64,000 nucleotides of DNA, taken from NCBI GenBank assembly GCA_041739995.1, contig JBGSMV010000061.1, positions 42,102 through 106,101 of the forward strand, written 5' to 3'. Source of the stretch: Bdellovibrionota bacterium (GTDB lineage: Bacteria > Bdellovibrionota_C > UBA2361 > JBGSMV01). Below, in pieces: positions 30,894 to 40,823 of the stretch. The translations under genes and the position numbers were made by a program. Each line of letters begins with the position of its first letter. Position 1 is the first letter of the stretch. The notes beneath the pieces were generated by a model. It saw only the letters and a list, made by a program, of their open reading frames with translations, did no database searches and was not told where the DNA came from.

Positions 30894-30963
30894 TACTGCA
30901 GAACTCAGGGTTTTCGATTACCGAGAGAAATCGTTTTAGAGCGTTTTTGAAGGAGCTGATTTT

Positions 30964-31119
30964 ATGGCACGAGTGTTGATAGTGGTTCTCCTTGCATTGT
31001 CCATAACTGCTTGCCAGCGCATTCAAAGACCCTTCGCTGGAGAAAACAAAGCTCCGAGCGACACTCCCCAATACTCGGTAAAGGCGAATCCGAACGGTGG
31101 CGTGAAGGAAGTTAAGTAA
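30964..31119 (+). CDS. Small lipoprotein, 51 aa; absent from the ORF track
   Basis: AAGGAG RBS; MARVLIVVLLALSITAC lipobox followed by a polar tail. Confidence 0.7.
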   Translation: MARVLIVVLLALSITACQRIQRPFAGENKAPSDTPQYSVKANPNGGVKEVK

Positions 31120-31362
31120 CCGTGCTCCCACATGCTTTTCCCTGCGACCCAGAGTGGTTTCGCATGCGGTCCTGGCGACTCCGGGCGAGACACGGTCTCG
31201 ATTAAATTTATTGCAATTTTCCCCAGTTACTTCAGAACCTTGAATAGGTAGCTATCTTTGCACTCGAGCTTTGCCGCGGAGATTTCATTCTGATATAGAA
31301 GCTTTCCGGCATGCGCTGCATTTAGGTGTGGTGTTGATGTCACGGATTTTTCGGAGAAACGC

Positions 31363-32439
31363 ATGAATGTATTTTCCTGGATTGTGAAGCGCGAACACGA
31401 ACAAGTGGTTTTTTTCCACTACCCAGAGGCTGGGCTTAAAGCAGTAGTAGCGATTCACAACACGGTACTGGGACCAGCTTTGGGTGGATGTCGCATGCGC
31501 CCCTACGAGGACGAGAATCGCGCGATTGATGATGCGCTCCGATTGTCTGAAGGCATGACGTACAAGAGCTCCATCGCAGGACTCGACCTTGGTGGCGGAA
31601 AATCTGTAATTATTGCGGATCCGAACATCGCTGGTGAAGAGCGAACCAAGCTCTTTCGCCAATTCGCGCATTGCTTGAACGCTCTTGGCGGTCGCTACAT
31701 TACCGCAGAAGACATGGGCACCAGCGTTGCTGATGTCATGACCATGCGTGAAGAGACAAAGTTCGCTGCGGGCTTCGAACAAGAGAAGGGCGGTAGCGGA
31801 GATCCCTCACCGTGGACTGCTCGCGGTGTTTTCGGTGGCATTCTTGCGGCTTGCGAAAAGACTTACGGGTCCCGCGATCTAAAAGGCAAGAAAGTGGCGC
31901 TTCAAGGAGTTGGTCATGTAGGTATGTATCTACTGGAGCAGCTTCGGGAAGCTGGTGCTGAGGTTACCGTGAGCGATACGGTGAATGCTCTCGTTGAAAG
32001 AGCAACCAGTCGCTTCGGAGCGAAGGCAGTTGATATCGAAGAGATCTATGACGTGGACGCTGACATCTATGCTCCTTGCGCAGCGGGGCAGACGGTAGAT
32101 GCGGATACTTTAAAGCGTCTCAAGTGCAAAATTATCGCAGGCGCAGCCAACAACCAGTTGGTCGACTCCTCTGTGTACGAGCAGATCGTTACCCGCGGCA
32201 TGGTGTATTGCCCAGACTTTGTCATTAACGCCGGCGGAGTCATTTCGGTTGGCGCTGAGTACATTCACGGCGGGTGGAACCTCCCTTGGGTCGAAAAGAA
32301 GGTCGACAATATTGGCTCGACAGTGATGCGAGTCTTGGTTGAGTCCGAGAAGCGCTCGAAGTTCCCCGAAGTGGTGGCACTTGAGCTTGCTCGTGAGAGG
32401 GTGCAGGCAGCGAGAGAGAAGGCCGCCAGTAAAAAGTAA
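31363..32439 (+). CDS. Leucine dehydrogenase (Glu/Leu/Phe/Val dehydrogenase family)
   Basis: AIHNT.LGPALGG.RM, LS.GMTYK, GGGKSV, YITAED, GDPSP.TA.G, GAANNQL. Confidence 0.93.
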   Translation: MNVFSWIVKREHEQVVFFHYPEAGLKAVVAIHNTVLGPALGGCRMRPYEDENRAIDDALRLSEGMTYKSSIAGLDLGGGKSVIIADPNIAGEERTKLFRQFAHCLNALGGRYITAEDMGTSVADVMTMREETKFAAGFEQEKGGSGDPSPWTARGVFGGILAACEKTYGSRDLKGKKVALQGVGHVGMYLLEQLREAGAEVTVSDTVNALVERATSRFGAKAVDIEEIYDVDADIYAPCAAGQTVDADTLKRLKCKIIAGAANNQLVDSSVYEQIVTRGMVYCPDFVINAGGVISVGAEYIHGGWNLPWVEKKVDNIGSTVMRVLVESEKRSKFPEVVALELARERVQAAREKAASKK

Positions 32440-32658
32440 GCGTATCTGGCGCCTTTGCAAGCGTCTACTAGGGGAAATCTGAAAGACTCAATCTTAGTGG
32501 TCTTAGTGGTGCAAGCAAACTCTAGAAATCTGCCTAGATTTGGTTAACCCACGAAGACCACAAAGCTCAGGAAGATAGAGACACGGTGTTTTTGAGTTCA
32601 CTAGATGGTCCTTTGGCCCGCCGTGCCAGTCCGACCAGAACGCGCTACAATCTGTGCG

Positions 32659-34893
32659 GTGACGACGAAAACACCTTCAGAACAAACGGCAGATCGTGCT
32701 GCAGATAGTTCCACGACCACTCAACCCCCGGCATCGCTCGGTGGCGGTGCGCTGAGCCTACCCAATGAAACTGGAGGCAGTGAGGCTGGAGGCAATGTGA
32801 CTGCAGGCAATGAGACTGCCGTTAATAAGTCTGTCGCCAACGATCAAGTGAATCACGGAGCGGCGCCTCGCCCTTCAAAGCGTCCGAAAGTTACCCTCGA
32901 AAATGCTCCCCTTAGACTTGAGTCGTCATTTGAGCCACGCGGCGACCAGCCCGGGGCTATCGTTGCTCTGGAAAGGAATCTCAAAGCAGGAGTTCGTTAT
33001 CAGACCTTGCTTGGTGTTACGGGTTCAGGAAAGACATTCACCATTGCAAATGTCCTGCAAGGGTTGCAACGGCCAGCACTTGTCATAGCGCCCAACAAGA
33101 CGCTCGCGGCTCAGCTCTACTCCGAGTTTCGCGAATTCTTTCCGCATAATCGGGTGCGGTATTTTGTAAGTTACTACGACTACTACCAACCGGAAGCCTA
33201 TGTGCCTTCGACCGATACGTTTATCGAAAAAGATGCCGCGATAAACGACGAGATTGATAAGATGCGGCACTCGGCAACCAAGGCCCTCTTAGAAGGTCGT
33301 GACGCGATTGTAGTGGCTAGTGTGAGTTGCATTTATGGCCTCGGTGCGCCTGAAGAATATTTTAACATGATGCTATTCGCCGAGCTTGGCGAAGTGTTTC
33401 CCCGTGAAGATATCGTCCGCAAGCTCGTGACCATGCAGTACCGTCGTGCCGATATTGAATTTGCGCGAGGGACGTTTAGGGTGCGTGGTGATGTTGTCGA
33501 CATCTTCCCTTCTGATAACGATGAGCGAGCGATACGCATATCAATCTTCGGTGATGAGATTGAAGAGATGCGAGAAATTGACGGGCTTACTGGCCAAACC
33601 ATACGAAAGATTTTGTCATGTGCAATTTACCCCGTGAGTCACTACGTGACCGCCAGGGAGAACGTGCAGCGCGCAATAAAGACCATCGGCGCAGAGTTGG
33701 AAGATCGGCTGAAAAGTCTCGAGGTCGATGGCAAATTACCCGAGGCGCAGCGACTTGAGCAGCGTACTCGCTATGATCTTGAGCTGCTTTCTGAAATTGG
33801 TTTTTGTCCAGGAATTGAGAACTATTCTCGTCATATTGCCGGACGCAATACGGGAGAACCACCTGCCACATTATTGGACTATTTTCCTGACGACTTCTTG
33901 CTGATCGTTGATGAGAGTCATGTGACCGTTTCTCAAATTGGAGGAATGTACCGAGGCGATCAGGCCAGAAAAACCAATCTGGTAGAATACGGATTTCGAT
34001 TGCCTTCCGCGCTGGACAATCGCCCGCTCAATCACGACGAGTTTTGGTCAAAAGTTGGACAGACTATCTTTGTATCGGCGACGCCCGCGGCTTATGAGAT
34101 TGAGCTAAGCGCAGGCTTTGTGGTGCAGCAGGTGAATCGGCCGACAGGGCTGCTTGACCCTCCAGTCACGGTTCGACCCGCGGTCAATCAAGTAGATGAC
34201 TTATTGGCCGAGATAAAAATCACCTTGGAGCAAGGTGATCGCGTGTTGGTGACTGCCCTTACCAAAAAAATGGCTGAGAACTTATCGACCTATTTGCAGG
34301 AGGTCGGCATCAAGAGCCGCTACCTGCACTCGGACATTAATGCGTTAGAACGCGTCGAGATTCTTAGAGGCTTGAGACGTGGGGACTTCGACGTTTTGGT
34401 GGGCATTAACCTGCTTCGCGAAGGATTGGATTTGGTGGAAGTGGCTTTGGTGGCGATACTTGACGCTGACAAAGAGGGGTTCCTACGTTCCACGCGCTCA
34501 CTGATTCAGACTATGGGGCGCGCGGCGCGTAACATTCGGGGTCGGGTTATTCTGTATGCTGACCGAATGACCGATTCTATGAAGGGTGCTATTGAGGAGA
34601 CGGAGCGCAGACGTAAGATACAAGCAGCCTTTAATGAGCAGCATCGCATTGTGCCTCAGAGTGCGCGTTCGAGTCCCTTGTTTCTCTTGCCGGATTCAGC
34701 CGAAGAGGCTTCGAGTTCTATTCTGATTGACGGAGCTCAGATTGTAATTCCAACTGATGAGGCTCAACAAAAGGTGCTCATCGATGGGCTGACGAGGCAG
34801 ATGTTTGATGCCGCCGGGAAACGAGAGTTTGAACGGGCTGCGGAATTGCGCGATGCCTTGAAGCGCATTCAAGAAAGCTTATTGGTAGCGTGA
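32659..34893 (+). CDS. uvrB: Excinuclease ABC subunit B (start uncertain)
   Basis: [38 protein letters not shown] and a C-terminal UVR domain. Confidence 0.98.
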   Translation: MTTKTPSEQTADRAADSSTTTQPPASLGGGALSLPNETGGSEAGGNVTAGNETAVNKSVANDQVNHGAAPRPSKRPKVTLENAPLRLESSFEPRGDQPGAIVALERNLKAGVRYQTLLGVTGSGKTFTIANVLQGLQRPALVIAPNKTLAAQLYSEFREFFPHNRVRYFVSYYDYYQPEAYVPSTDTFIEKDAAINDEIDKMRHSATKALLEGRDAIVVASVSCIYGLGAPEEYFNMMLFAELGEVFPREDIVRKLVTMQYRRADIEFARGTFRVRGDVVDIFPSDNDERAIRISIFGDEIEEMREIDGLTGQTIRKILSCAIYPVSHYVTARENVQRAIKTIGAELEDRLKSLEVDGKLPEAQRLEQRTRYDLELLSEIGFCPGIENYSRHIAGRNTGEPPATLLDYFPDDFLLIVDESHVTVSQIGGMYRGDQARKTNLVEYGFRLPSALDNRPLNHDEFWSKVGQTIFVSATPAAYEIELSAGFVVQQVNRPTGLLDPPVTVRPAVNQVDDLLAEIKITLEQGDRVLVTALTKKMAENLSTYLQEVGIKSRYLHSDINALERVEILRGLRRGDFDVLVGINLLREGLDLVEVALVAILDADKEGFLRSTRSLIQTMGRAARNIRGRVILYADRMTDSMKGAIEETERRRKIQAAFNEQHRIVPQSARSSPLFLLPDSAEEASSSILIDGAQIVIPTDEAQQKVLIDGLTRQMFDAAGKREFERAAELRDALKRIQESLLVA

Positions 34894-34919
34894 CCAGCTG
34901 AAGAAGAGAGAAATCTACG

Positions 34920-36815
34920 ATGACCGAAGAATCCACACCGGTTGGAATAGTACTTCAAGAAGGCGGTGAGCCTCCGCAGGACTTGGAGAAGCGACTTCGA
35001 ACTATTCCGGGGATGCCGGGAGTGTACCTAATGAAGGATGCAGGCGGTTCGGTCATTTATGTCGGTAAAGCAAAGAACCTTCGCAATAGAGTAACCACAT
35101 ACTTTCGCGGAGGTGACGGGCGCTTGCAGATAGGGCAGTTGCTCGCTCGAATTCGATCGATCGATACGGTAGTGACTGGCACCGAGTACCAAGCGCTTGC
35201 GTTAGAGCGCGAGCTTATTGGTAAGCATAAGCCGCGCTATAATATTCGCCTTAAAGACGACAAAGCTTACTTGAGTATACGAATTGATCCGCAGGCGCCC
35301 TGGCCACGCATCGAGCTCGTTCGGCGTATCGAGCATGACGGAGCAAAGTACTTTGGTCCCTACAGTTTCGGACATGAGCTTAGGACCATGCTTGAGATAA
35401 TTAAGCGCGTGGTCCCGCTTCGAACTTGCACTGACACTGTTTTTTATAATCGGCAGCGCCCTTGCTTGGAGTATCAGATTCACCGCTGTGCGGGCCCGTG
35501 CTGTATTCAGATTGACCGCGATCAGTATGGGAAGTGGGTCAAGGATGCAATTGCGATTCTTGAGGGGAAGACCGAGTGGCTTCAGAAAGATCTTGCCCGT
35601 CAAATGAATGAGGCTTCAGACGAGATGAGGTTTGAGGCAGCAGCGGCGCTTCGCGATCGTTTGCAAACTCTAGAGAATCTCCGCGAAGGTCAGGCCTTTA
35701 CGTCATTTGGAGGAGAGGATCGTGATGTGTTTGGTCTTTATAGAGAGGAGCAGCTTGCGGCGTTGAGTGTGGTGAGGGTGCGTGCCGGGCGCCTTGTAGA
35801 GACGCTTCACTATTCGTTTTCTGATGTGGCCATTAATGACGAAGATATAGTGGAAGGCGCGGTTGAGCAGTTTTACCGCAATGGGAGAGAGGTTCCTGAG
35901 GAAATTGTAGTGGCTCAGCTTCCGGCGGAGCCAGAGACTCTTGAGGCAGTACTTGCGGAGAGAAGGGGTAGGAAAGTGTCATTGGTGGTGCCTTCGAGAG
36001 GGGTGAAGCACCGGGTGTTAGAACTCGCTCAGCTTAATGCGCGCCAACATTATGTGACATCATTTGAGGCTGATCGACGAGGGGTAGAACTCAGCAAGGA
36101 ATTGGCGCGGACTTTGGGGTTAAAGCAGGTTCCAAGAAGAATAGAATGTGTAGATATTTCAAATCTGCAGGGTTCTGACATTGTTGGGGCAGTGGTGGTT
36201 TTCTTTGATGGGCTACCTGACAAGAGTTCTTACAAGCGTTATCGAATTCCGCTGCAGAAGAAGCCAGACGATTTTGCCGCAATCTATGAAGTCGTGTCTC
36301 GCCGACTTGCGCGAGGAATCAACGAGGAGAATCTTCCCGATCTTTTGATAATAGACGGCGGAGCGCAACAGCTTGCGCGGGCGATTCAAGCGCGCGATGA
36401 GCTTAAGTTAGAGCTGGAAATTATCTCGCTCGCAAAGATTAAGGCCGAGCGCACGGGACGTGGACAGCCTCGGGCGCTTTCGGGTCTGGTTCGCAAGAAA
36501 CCTGAAAGGGTATTTCGAGAGGGAGCGGCTGAGCCGATTGCTTTAGATGGAAGTTCTCCCACTACGCATTTTATTCAGCGCATTCGAGATGAAGTGCATC
36601 GCTTTGTCTTGTCGTTTCATAGGCAGAGCAGGGCGAAGCGCGTGATGGCTTCGGCACTCGATGAGGTTCCTGGGCTTGGTATGGAGAGAAAACGGCGATT
36701 GTTAAAAGTGTTTGGCTCGGTGCGTGACCTGAAGGGTGTTGCTCCTGAGGACATCGCTGCTCGCGCGAAGATTCCTCTTCCCGTAGCCAAGGCGCTAGTG
36801 AGTGCGCTGAAGTAG
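34920..36815 (+). CDS. uvrC: Excinuclease ABC subunit C
   Basis: PGVYLM...IYVGKAKNLR.RV, RIECVDISN, PDLLIIDGG, RDEVHRF and HhH tail. Confidence 0.97.
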   Translation: MTEESTPVGIVLQEGGEPPQDLEKRLRTIPGMPGVYLMKDAGGSVIYVGKAKNLRNRVTTYFRGGDGRLQIGQLLARIRSIDTVVTGTEYQALALERELIGKHKPRYNIRLKDDKAYLSIRIDPQAPWPRIELVRRIEHDGAKYFGPYSFGHELRTMLEIIKRVVPLRTCTDTVFYNRQRPCLEYQIHRCAGPCCIQIDRDQYGKWVKDAIAILEGKTEWLQKDLARQMNEASDEMRFEAAAALRDRLQTLENLREGQAFTSFGGEDRDVFGLYREEQLAALSVVRVRAGRLVETLHYSFSDVAINDEDIVEGAVEQFYRNGREVPEEIVVAQLPAEPETLEAVLAERRGRKVSLVVPSRGVKHRVLELAQLNARQHYVTSFEADRRGVELSKELARTLGLKQVPRRIECVDISNLQGSDIVGAVVVFFDGLPDKSSYKRYRIPLQKKPDDFAAIYEVVSRRLARGINEENLPDLLIIDGGAQQLARAIQARDELKLELEIISLAKIKAERTGRGQPRALSGLVRKKPERVFREGAAEPIALDGSSPTTHFIQRIRDEVHRFVLSFHRQSRAKRVMASALDEVPGLGMERKRRLLKVFGSVRDLKGVAPEDIAARAKIPLPVAKALVSALK

Positions 36816-36824
36816 TGTTTGCGA

Positions 36825-37595
36825 TTATGGTCGGGTGCTCAGGTGCTGTTTGACCATGGCGAAGTCTCTCCTGTTCACAGTTCCTGGGGGGCCCCATCTC
36901 GATTCAGCGATAATGTTCATTGCGTTGAAGTAACGTTCTCGAGCATCGGGATGCGACGACGGGGCGGTGGAATCTGATTTTGGCGCGAGAAAATGATGTC
37001 TAAGATCGGTAATCTGGAGTGCTCCCAGAGAGGCGCGTGGATCATAGCCTGCGGCGGCGACAACACCTACCGCGAAGTCATCGGCTTCTTGTTCTAAGGC
37101 CATTTGACGTGAAGGGCGAGTGCCGGCGTCTTGGAGCTCCGCATGGTGATGAAGTTCTAAGTGGGCCAGTTCGTGGGCAACGACAAAGGCCAGCTCCGCT
37201 TCGTTATGAAGGGAGAGGAGTAATCCGTCAGAGATAATGAGCGTTTGGTTTGGGAGTGCCAGCGCAATAGGTCTACGGTCTTTCACCAAGAGAATCTTTT
37301 TCACGATGGTCGGATTCTTCTGGGGGTGGGGCAAGGAGCTCACGACTGGACGATCGGAGAGTCGAGATACAATCCCTAGGAGATATCTTTGAACCAGAGC
37401 GTCGTTTATGGGGGTGAATTGCTGCTCCAGGGCTGCGCTTGCGAGTGGGGATGGCGGTGTAGGACTGCTGCAGCTTGAAGTGCCTAGAATGAGGCAGGCT
37501 GAAAGCAGACACCTCAGGAGAGTGTTGTTACTAAGGGCTTGGGCTGCCTTTGCCTTGCCGCGCTGTGTTCTGCCGCGCTGTGCCGTGTCGCTCAT
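36825..37595 (-). CDS. M48-family metallopeptidase, probable lipoprotein
   Basis: EAELAFVVAHELAH, EQEAD, AGYDP, SHP...R; lipobox-like TSSC. Confidence 0.85.
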   Translation of the reverse strand: MSDTAQRGRTQRGKAKAAQALSNNTLLRCLLSACLILGTSSCSSPTPPSPLASAALEQQFTPINDALVQRYLLGIVSRLSDRPVVSSLPHPQKNPTIVKKILLVKDRRPIALALPNQTLIISDGLLLSLHNEAELAFVVAHELAHLELHHHAELQDAGTRPSRQMALEQEADDFAVGVVAAAGYDPRASLGALQITDLRHHFLAPKSDSTAPSSHPDARERYFNAMNIIAESRWGPPGTVNRRDFAMVKQHLSTRP

Positions 37596-37601
37596 TGGCG
37601 C

Positions 37602-38753
37602 TTACACCCGTTCGATTATGGTGGTGATGCCCATGCCAAGACCGATGCACATGGTGATGGCAGCGTATTTTCCGTTCATGCGTTCTAGTTCGTCGAGGGC
37701 TGTGCCGATTAGCATCGCTCCGGTGGCGCCCAGGGGGTGGCCTAGTGAAATGCCTCCGCCGTTTACATTTACACGGGCAGGGTCGAGGCCAAGTTCTCGC
37801 ATAGTCACTAAGGGGACTGGGGCGAAGGCTTCGTTGATTTCCCAAAGGTCTATGTCTTGTACTTTGAGCCCTGCTTTTTTGAGAGCAATGGAGCTAGCGG
37901 CGATTGGTCCGGTCAGCATTATTCGAGGGGGCGACCCGATGCTTGCGGTTGCAAGAACTCGTGCGCGTGGGGTGAGTTTAAAGGATTTAACTGCCTCTTC
38001 GCTGGCGAGAAGCAGGGCGGCTGCGCCGTCGACGATGGCAGAAGCGTTGCCCGCGGTGACGCTACCGTTTTCTTTGAAGACGGTTTTTAGTTTGGAGAGT
38101 CCTTCCTTTGTAGTTTCTGGCCTGGGAGTATCGTCGAGGGAGAGTTCGCCCTGAGAGCCGTCTTCGAGGCGATAGGGGACAGAGACGAGGCTCTTGGCGA
38201 AGCGGCCTTCTTTCAGTGCTGCGACGGCTTTTTGTTGAGACATGAGTGCGTATTCGTCCGCTTCTTCCCGAGAGACGGAGAAGGTTTCGCACAATATTTC
38301 TGCAGCGAGTCCTTGTTGAACAAGGTCGGGGTAGCGTTCGGTGAGCATGGGACTTGTTTCGCCGCCGATGTCGCTGAACATGGGGCAGCGTGTCATGTGT
38401 TCGAGGCCGCCGCTGACTACTAGGTTAGTCTGTCCGGACATGATGGATTGAGCGGCGAAGTTGGTGGCTTGTTGGCCGCTACCGCACAGGCGGTTAATGG
38501 TGGTGGCGGGTACGGTGATTGGCCATCCTGCGGCAAGGACTGCGGAGCGAGCGATGCACCAGCCTTGTTCTCCAGTCTGTGTGACGCAGCCGATTTCGAC
38601 GTCTTCAACGTGTTCTGGGGAGACTTTATTTCGTTGGGTCAATGCGTTGAGCGGGTAGGTGAGCAAATCTGCCGGATGGATGGTAGAGAACTTCCCCTTT
38701 CTGCGGGCGCGTGGCGTGCGGACAGCGTCGATGATGTAGGCGTGGCGGGACAT
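37602..38753 (-). CDS. Acetyl-CoA C-acyltransferase (thiolase)
   Basis: NRLCGSG, TAGNAS.I.DGA, EINEAFA, GHPLGATG, MCIGLGMG. Confidence 0.95.
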   Translation of the reverse strand: MSRHAYIIDAVRTPRARRKGKFSTIHPADLLTYPLNALTQRNKVSPEHVEDVEIGCVTQTGEQGWCIARSAVLAAGWPITVPATTINRLCGSGQQATNFAAQSIMSGQTNLVVSGGLEHMTRCPMFSDIGGETSPMLTERYPDLVQQGLAAEILCETFSVSREEADEYALMSQQKAVAALKEGRFAKSLVSVPYRLEDGSQGELSLDDTPRPETTKEGLSKLKTVFKENGSVTAGNASAIVDGAAALLLASEEAVKSFKLTPRARVLATASIGSPPRIMLTGPIAASSIALKKAGLKVQDIDLWEINEAFAPVPLVTMRELGLDPARVNVNGGGISLGHPLGATGAMLIGTALDELERMNGKYAAITMCIGLGMGITTIIERV

Positions 38754-38789
38754 AACTTGCTCCAAATGCTGAGTGTGTTAGCGACCAAT

Positions 38790-39494
38790 CTAGCGGGCGA
38801 TTAGAACATCAACGCGACGGTTGAGTTGTCTGCCTTCTGGCGTTGAGTTTGTGGCCAGGGGGCGAGTGCTTCCGAATCCTGCAACGCTAATTTGATCCAT
38901 ACTGATACCACGAGCGGCCAGGTACGAAGCGACATTCCTGGCGCGGGCCTCAGAGAGTCTCATATTGTAGTCGGGAGTGCCTGCGTCATCTGAATGTCCT
39001 GCCACTTGGAGTTTCGCAGCTGCGGGGCTGGTGCGCAGACTGTCGGCGATTGCCTCGAGGTTAGCGATGGCTCCTGAGCGCATGCTTGTGGCGTCGTCAT
39101 CGAAGAAGACTTGGTAGATGCCGCCGATTGCAGCGCTTGAGTTCGCATTATCGAGGGAAGTTTGCATTTCCCGTAATCGACGATCGCTGTTGTTGGTTTG
39201 AATTCTTAGGGAGGCGAGTTGTTTCTCGAGTCCTGCTTGAGTGCTTTCCGCTTCATCGGCGGCGTAGCCTGCCATCATACCTGAAACTGCTCCGAACCCA
39301 GCACCGATCGCGGCTCCGGGACCGACGTTGTTTACCTGATTTCCCACGACTGCACCTGCACCCGCGCCCCAGCCTGCTCCCAGCACCGTCCCTGCGATGG
39401 TCTTATCGGGAGTAGTGTTTGGGCTTGTGCATGCACACACAGCCATTGCCAATCCGCCTACCGCCACTCTCAACACCAAATCTCTTATTTGCAT
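38790..39494 (-). CDS. OmpA-family lipoprotein with glycine zipper
   Basis: Lipobox VCAC; GAGAGA zipper; GHSD..G...YN..LS..RA and RQLNRRV. Confidence 0.9.
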   Translation of the reverse strand: MQIRDLVLRVAVGGLAMAVCACTSPNTTPDKTIAGTVLGAGWGAGAGAVVGNQVNNVGPGAAIGAGFGAVSGMMAGYAADEAESTQAGLEKQLASLRIQTNNSDRRLREMQTSLDNANSSAAIGGIYQVFFDDDATSMRSGAIANLEAIADSLRTSPAAAKLQVAGHSDDAGTPDYNMRLSEARARNVASYLAARGISMDQISVAGFGSTRPLATNSTPEGRQLNRRVDVLIAR

Positions 39495-39738
39495 CTGTCC
39501 CTCCAAAGGTACCTGCTACCCATATACCCCATCCCATCCCCCCTCGCACAGGTAGCAGCTTCCTCAGCGGACTTATCGTCCGGAGGGCTGATTCGGGGAC
39601 GTTTTGTGGGTACAAAACGGCGTAGACCTAGTGTTTAGGCGACCTCAGCGGGCGTGGAAAGGGGTTCAAAGGGGGGAATCGGGGTCGTTTAGGGACCACT
39701 TGGTTCCTTGATCGAGGTTTCGCCTAAGCGGCTTCCGA

Positions 39739-39879
39739 AAGGAATTTACCTGTATCCAAGGGCGAGCAAAGCCATGGAACGTATCTCGTTCCGCAGCAAT
39801 GGTTCCATTGATTTCTCACAGGCAAGTACCAATCTATCGACACGTAGTGGCTAAGCAAACGTGAATTGGGACCATCCAT
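39739..39879 (-). repeat. Structured repeat A, copy 1 (probable IS91/ISCR-like ori end)
   Basis: 7 mismatches in 141 bp (hand count) versus 63860-64000; identity stops right after AAATTCCTT on the - strand. Confidence 0.8.
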
Positions 39880-40147
39880 TATGATATCTTTGACACATGC
39901 GGACCGTGAAATAAGAGCAGTGGGAACTCGCCCACCGGAGAGACGACAGGGCGCGGGGTCATCGGTACATTTCATGGCTTGAGACGTATAGTAACGTGCA
40001 CTCGAGAAACGAAGGCCAGAAGTCTCGAGCGGCTTGTCCGCCGTAGCTCGTAAGAGCGGAGGTGGGAACGGCGCGAACTTCAGTGTGAGGGCTGAAGACG
40101 ATAAACCTCATACAAAAGTGATAAGTCGCCGCGTGCGCAGAAGTAGT

Positions 40148-40537
40148 ATGGGGCCCAGAATATGGGTATTGATTTTGTCACAGGCGGTTCCAATTTCGAT
40201 ACAGGTAGATTCTTTATGTTTCGGGCTACTATTACTCTCGGCAAGCACCGCAAGAGCGGACTACGCCTGCGCACTAGGCTGCTATCAGACCTTCACACGC
40301 TTCTCCGATATGTGTCGGCTCACGAATCAAAGTGACCTTTCGCAATGCAAGTCACAGTACAACTACTGCATGAGCACCTGCACGTTCGGACACATCGGAC
40401 TCTGTGGTCATCAGTGTCGCTCAGACTATGCGGCCTGCTTGAATATTGCTGCGGATGGATATGCGGCCTGTGGAAAGCTGGTGATGAATGATGCGCGGCA
40501 GTGCCTCGACGGATGTCAGTGGGTGCTTAAAGAGTAG
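40148..40537 (+). CDS. Secreted 12-Cys protein (start uncertain)
   Basis: Hydrophobic stretch ending ARA, followed by 12 regularly spaced Cys. Confidence 0.65.
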   Translation: MGPRIWVLILSQAVPISIQVDSLCFGLLLLSASTARADYACALGCYQTFTRFSDMCRLTNQSDLSQCKSQYNYCMSTCTFGHIGLCGHQCRSDYAACLNIAADGYAACGKLVMNDARQCLDGCQWVLKE

Positions 40538-40823
40538 TGGGACTGCGCTGTTACCCTTCAGTGCCTAACACGCCTTCTCAGATCAATTTGCATTGGGCGA
40601 ATTCTCCTCCGTAGCGCGTCGGCCAGGGTGCTGAAGCTTGGCTCGCGCATGCCTTCCGGGTCGAGCTCGCTACACGCCCTACTTTTTGCTGGGGCGACAG
40701 ATTGCTATTTGGTTTTACTATTCACACGTGATTTCCATAGGTTAAGTCATCACATTTTTGAGATGTCTAATTTGGGTTGTTCTCTATCGACCATACTCGA
40801 TAATCGGCGTACAATTATCGAGT

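Noticed and set aside
30730..31131. 133-aa minus-strand ORF
   Set aside because: Antisense to tRNA-Leu and the small lipoprotein.
37408..38154. Long antisense ORFs (also 54157-54909, 27914-28492, 56505-57029)
   Set aside because: They are reverse-frame shadows of well-supported genes.
39724..39975. Duplicated small ORF (also 63818-64000)
   Set aside because: The similarity is explained by the DNA repeat; the C-termini diverge at the repeat edge and the sequence looks structured rather than coding.
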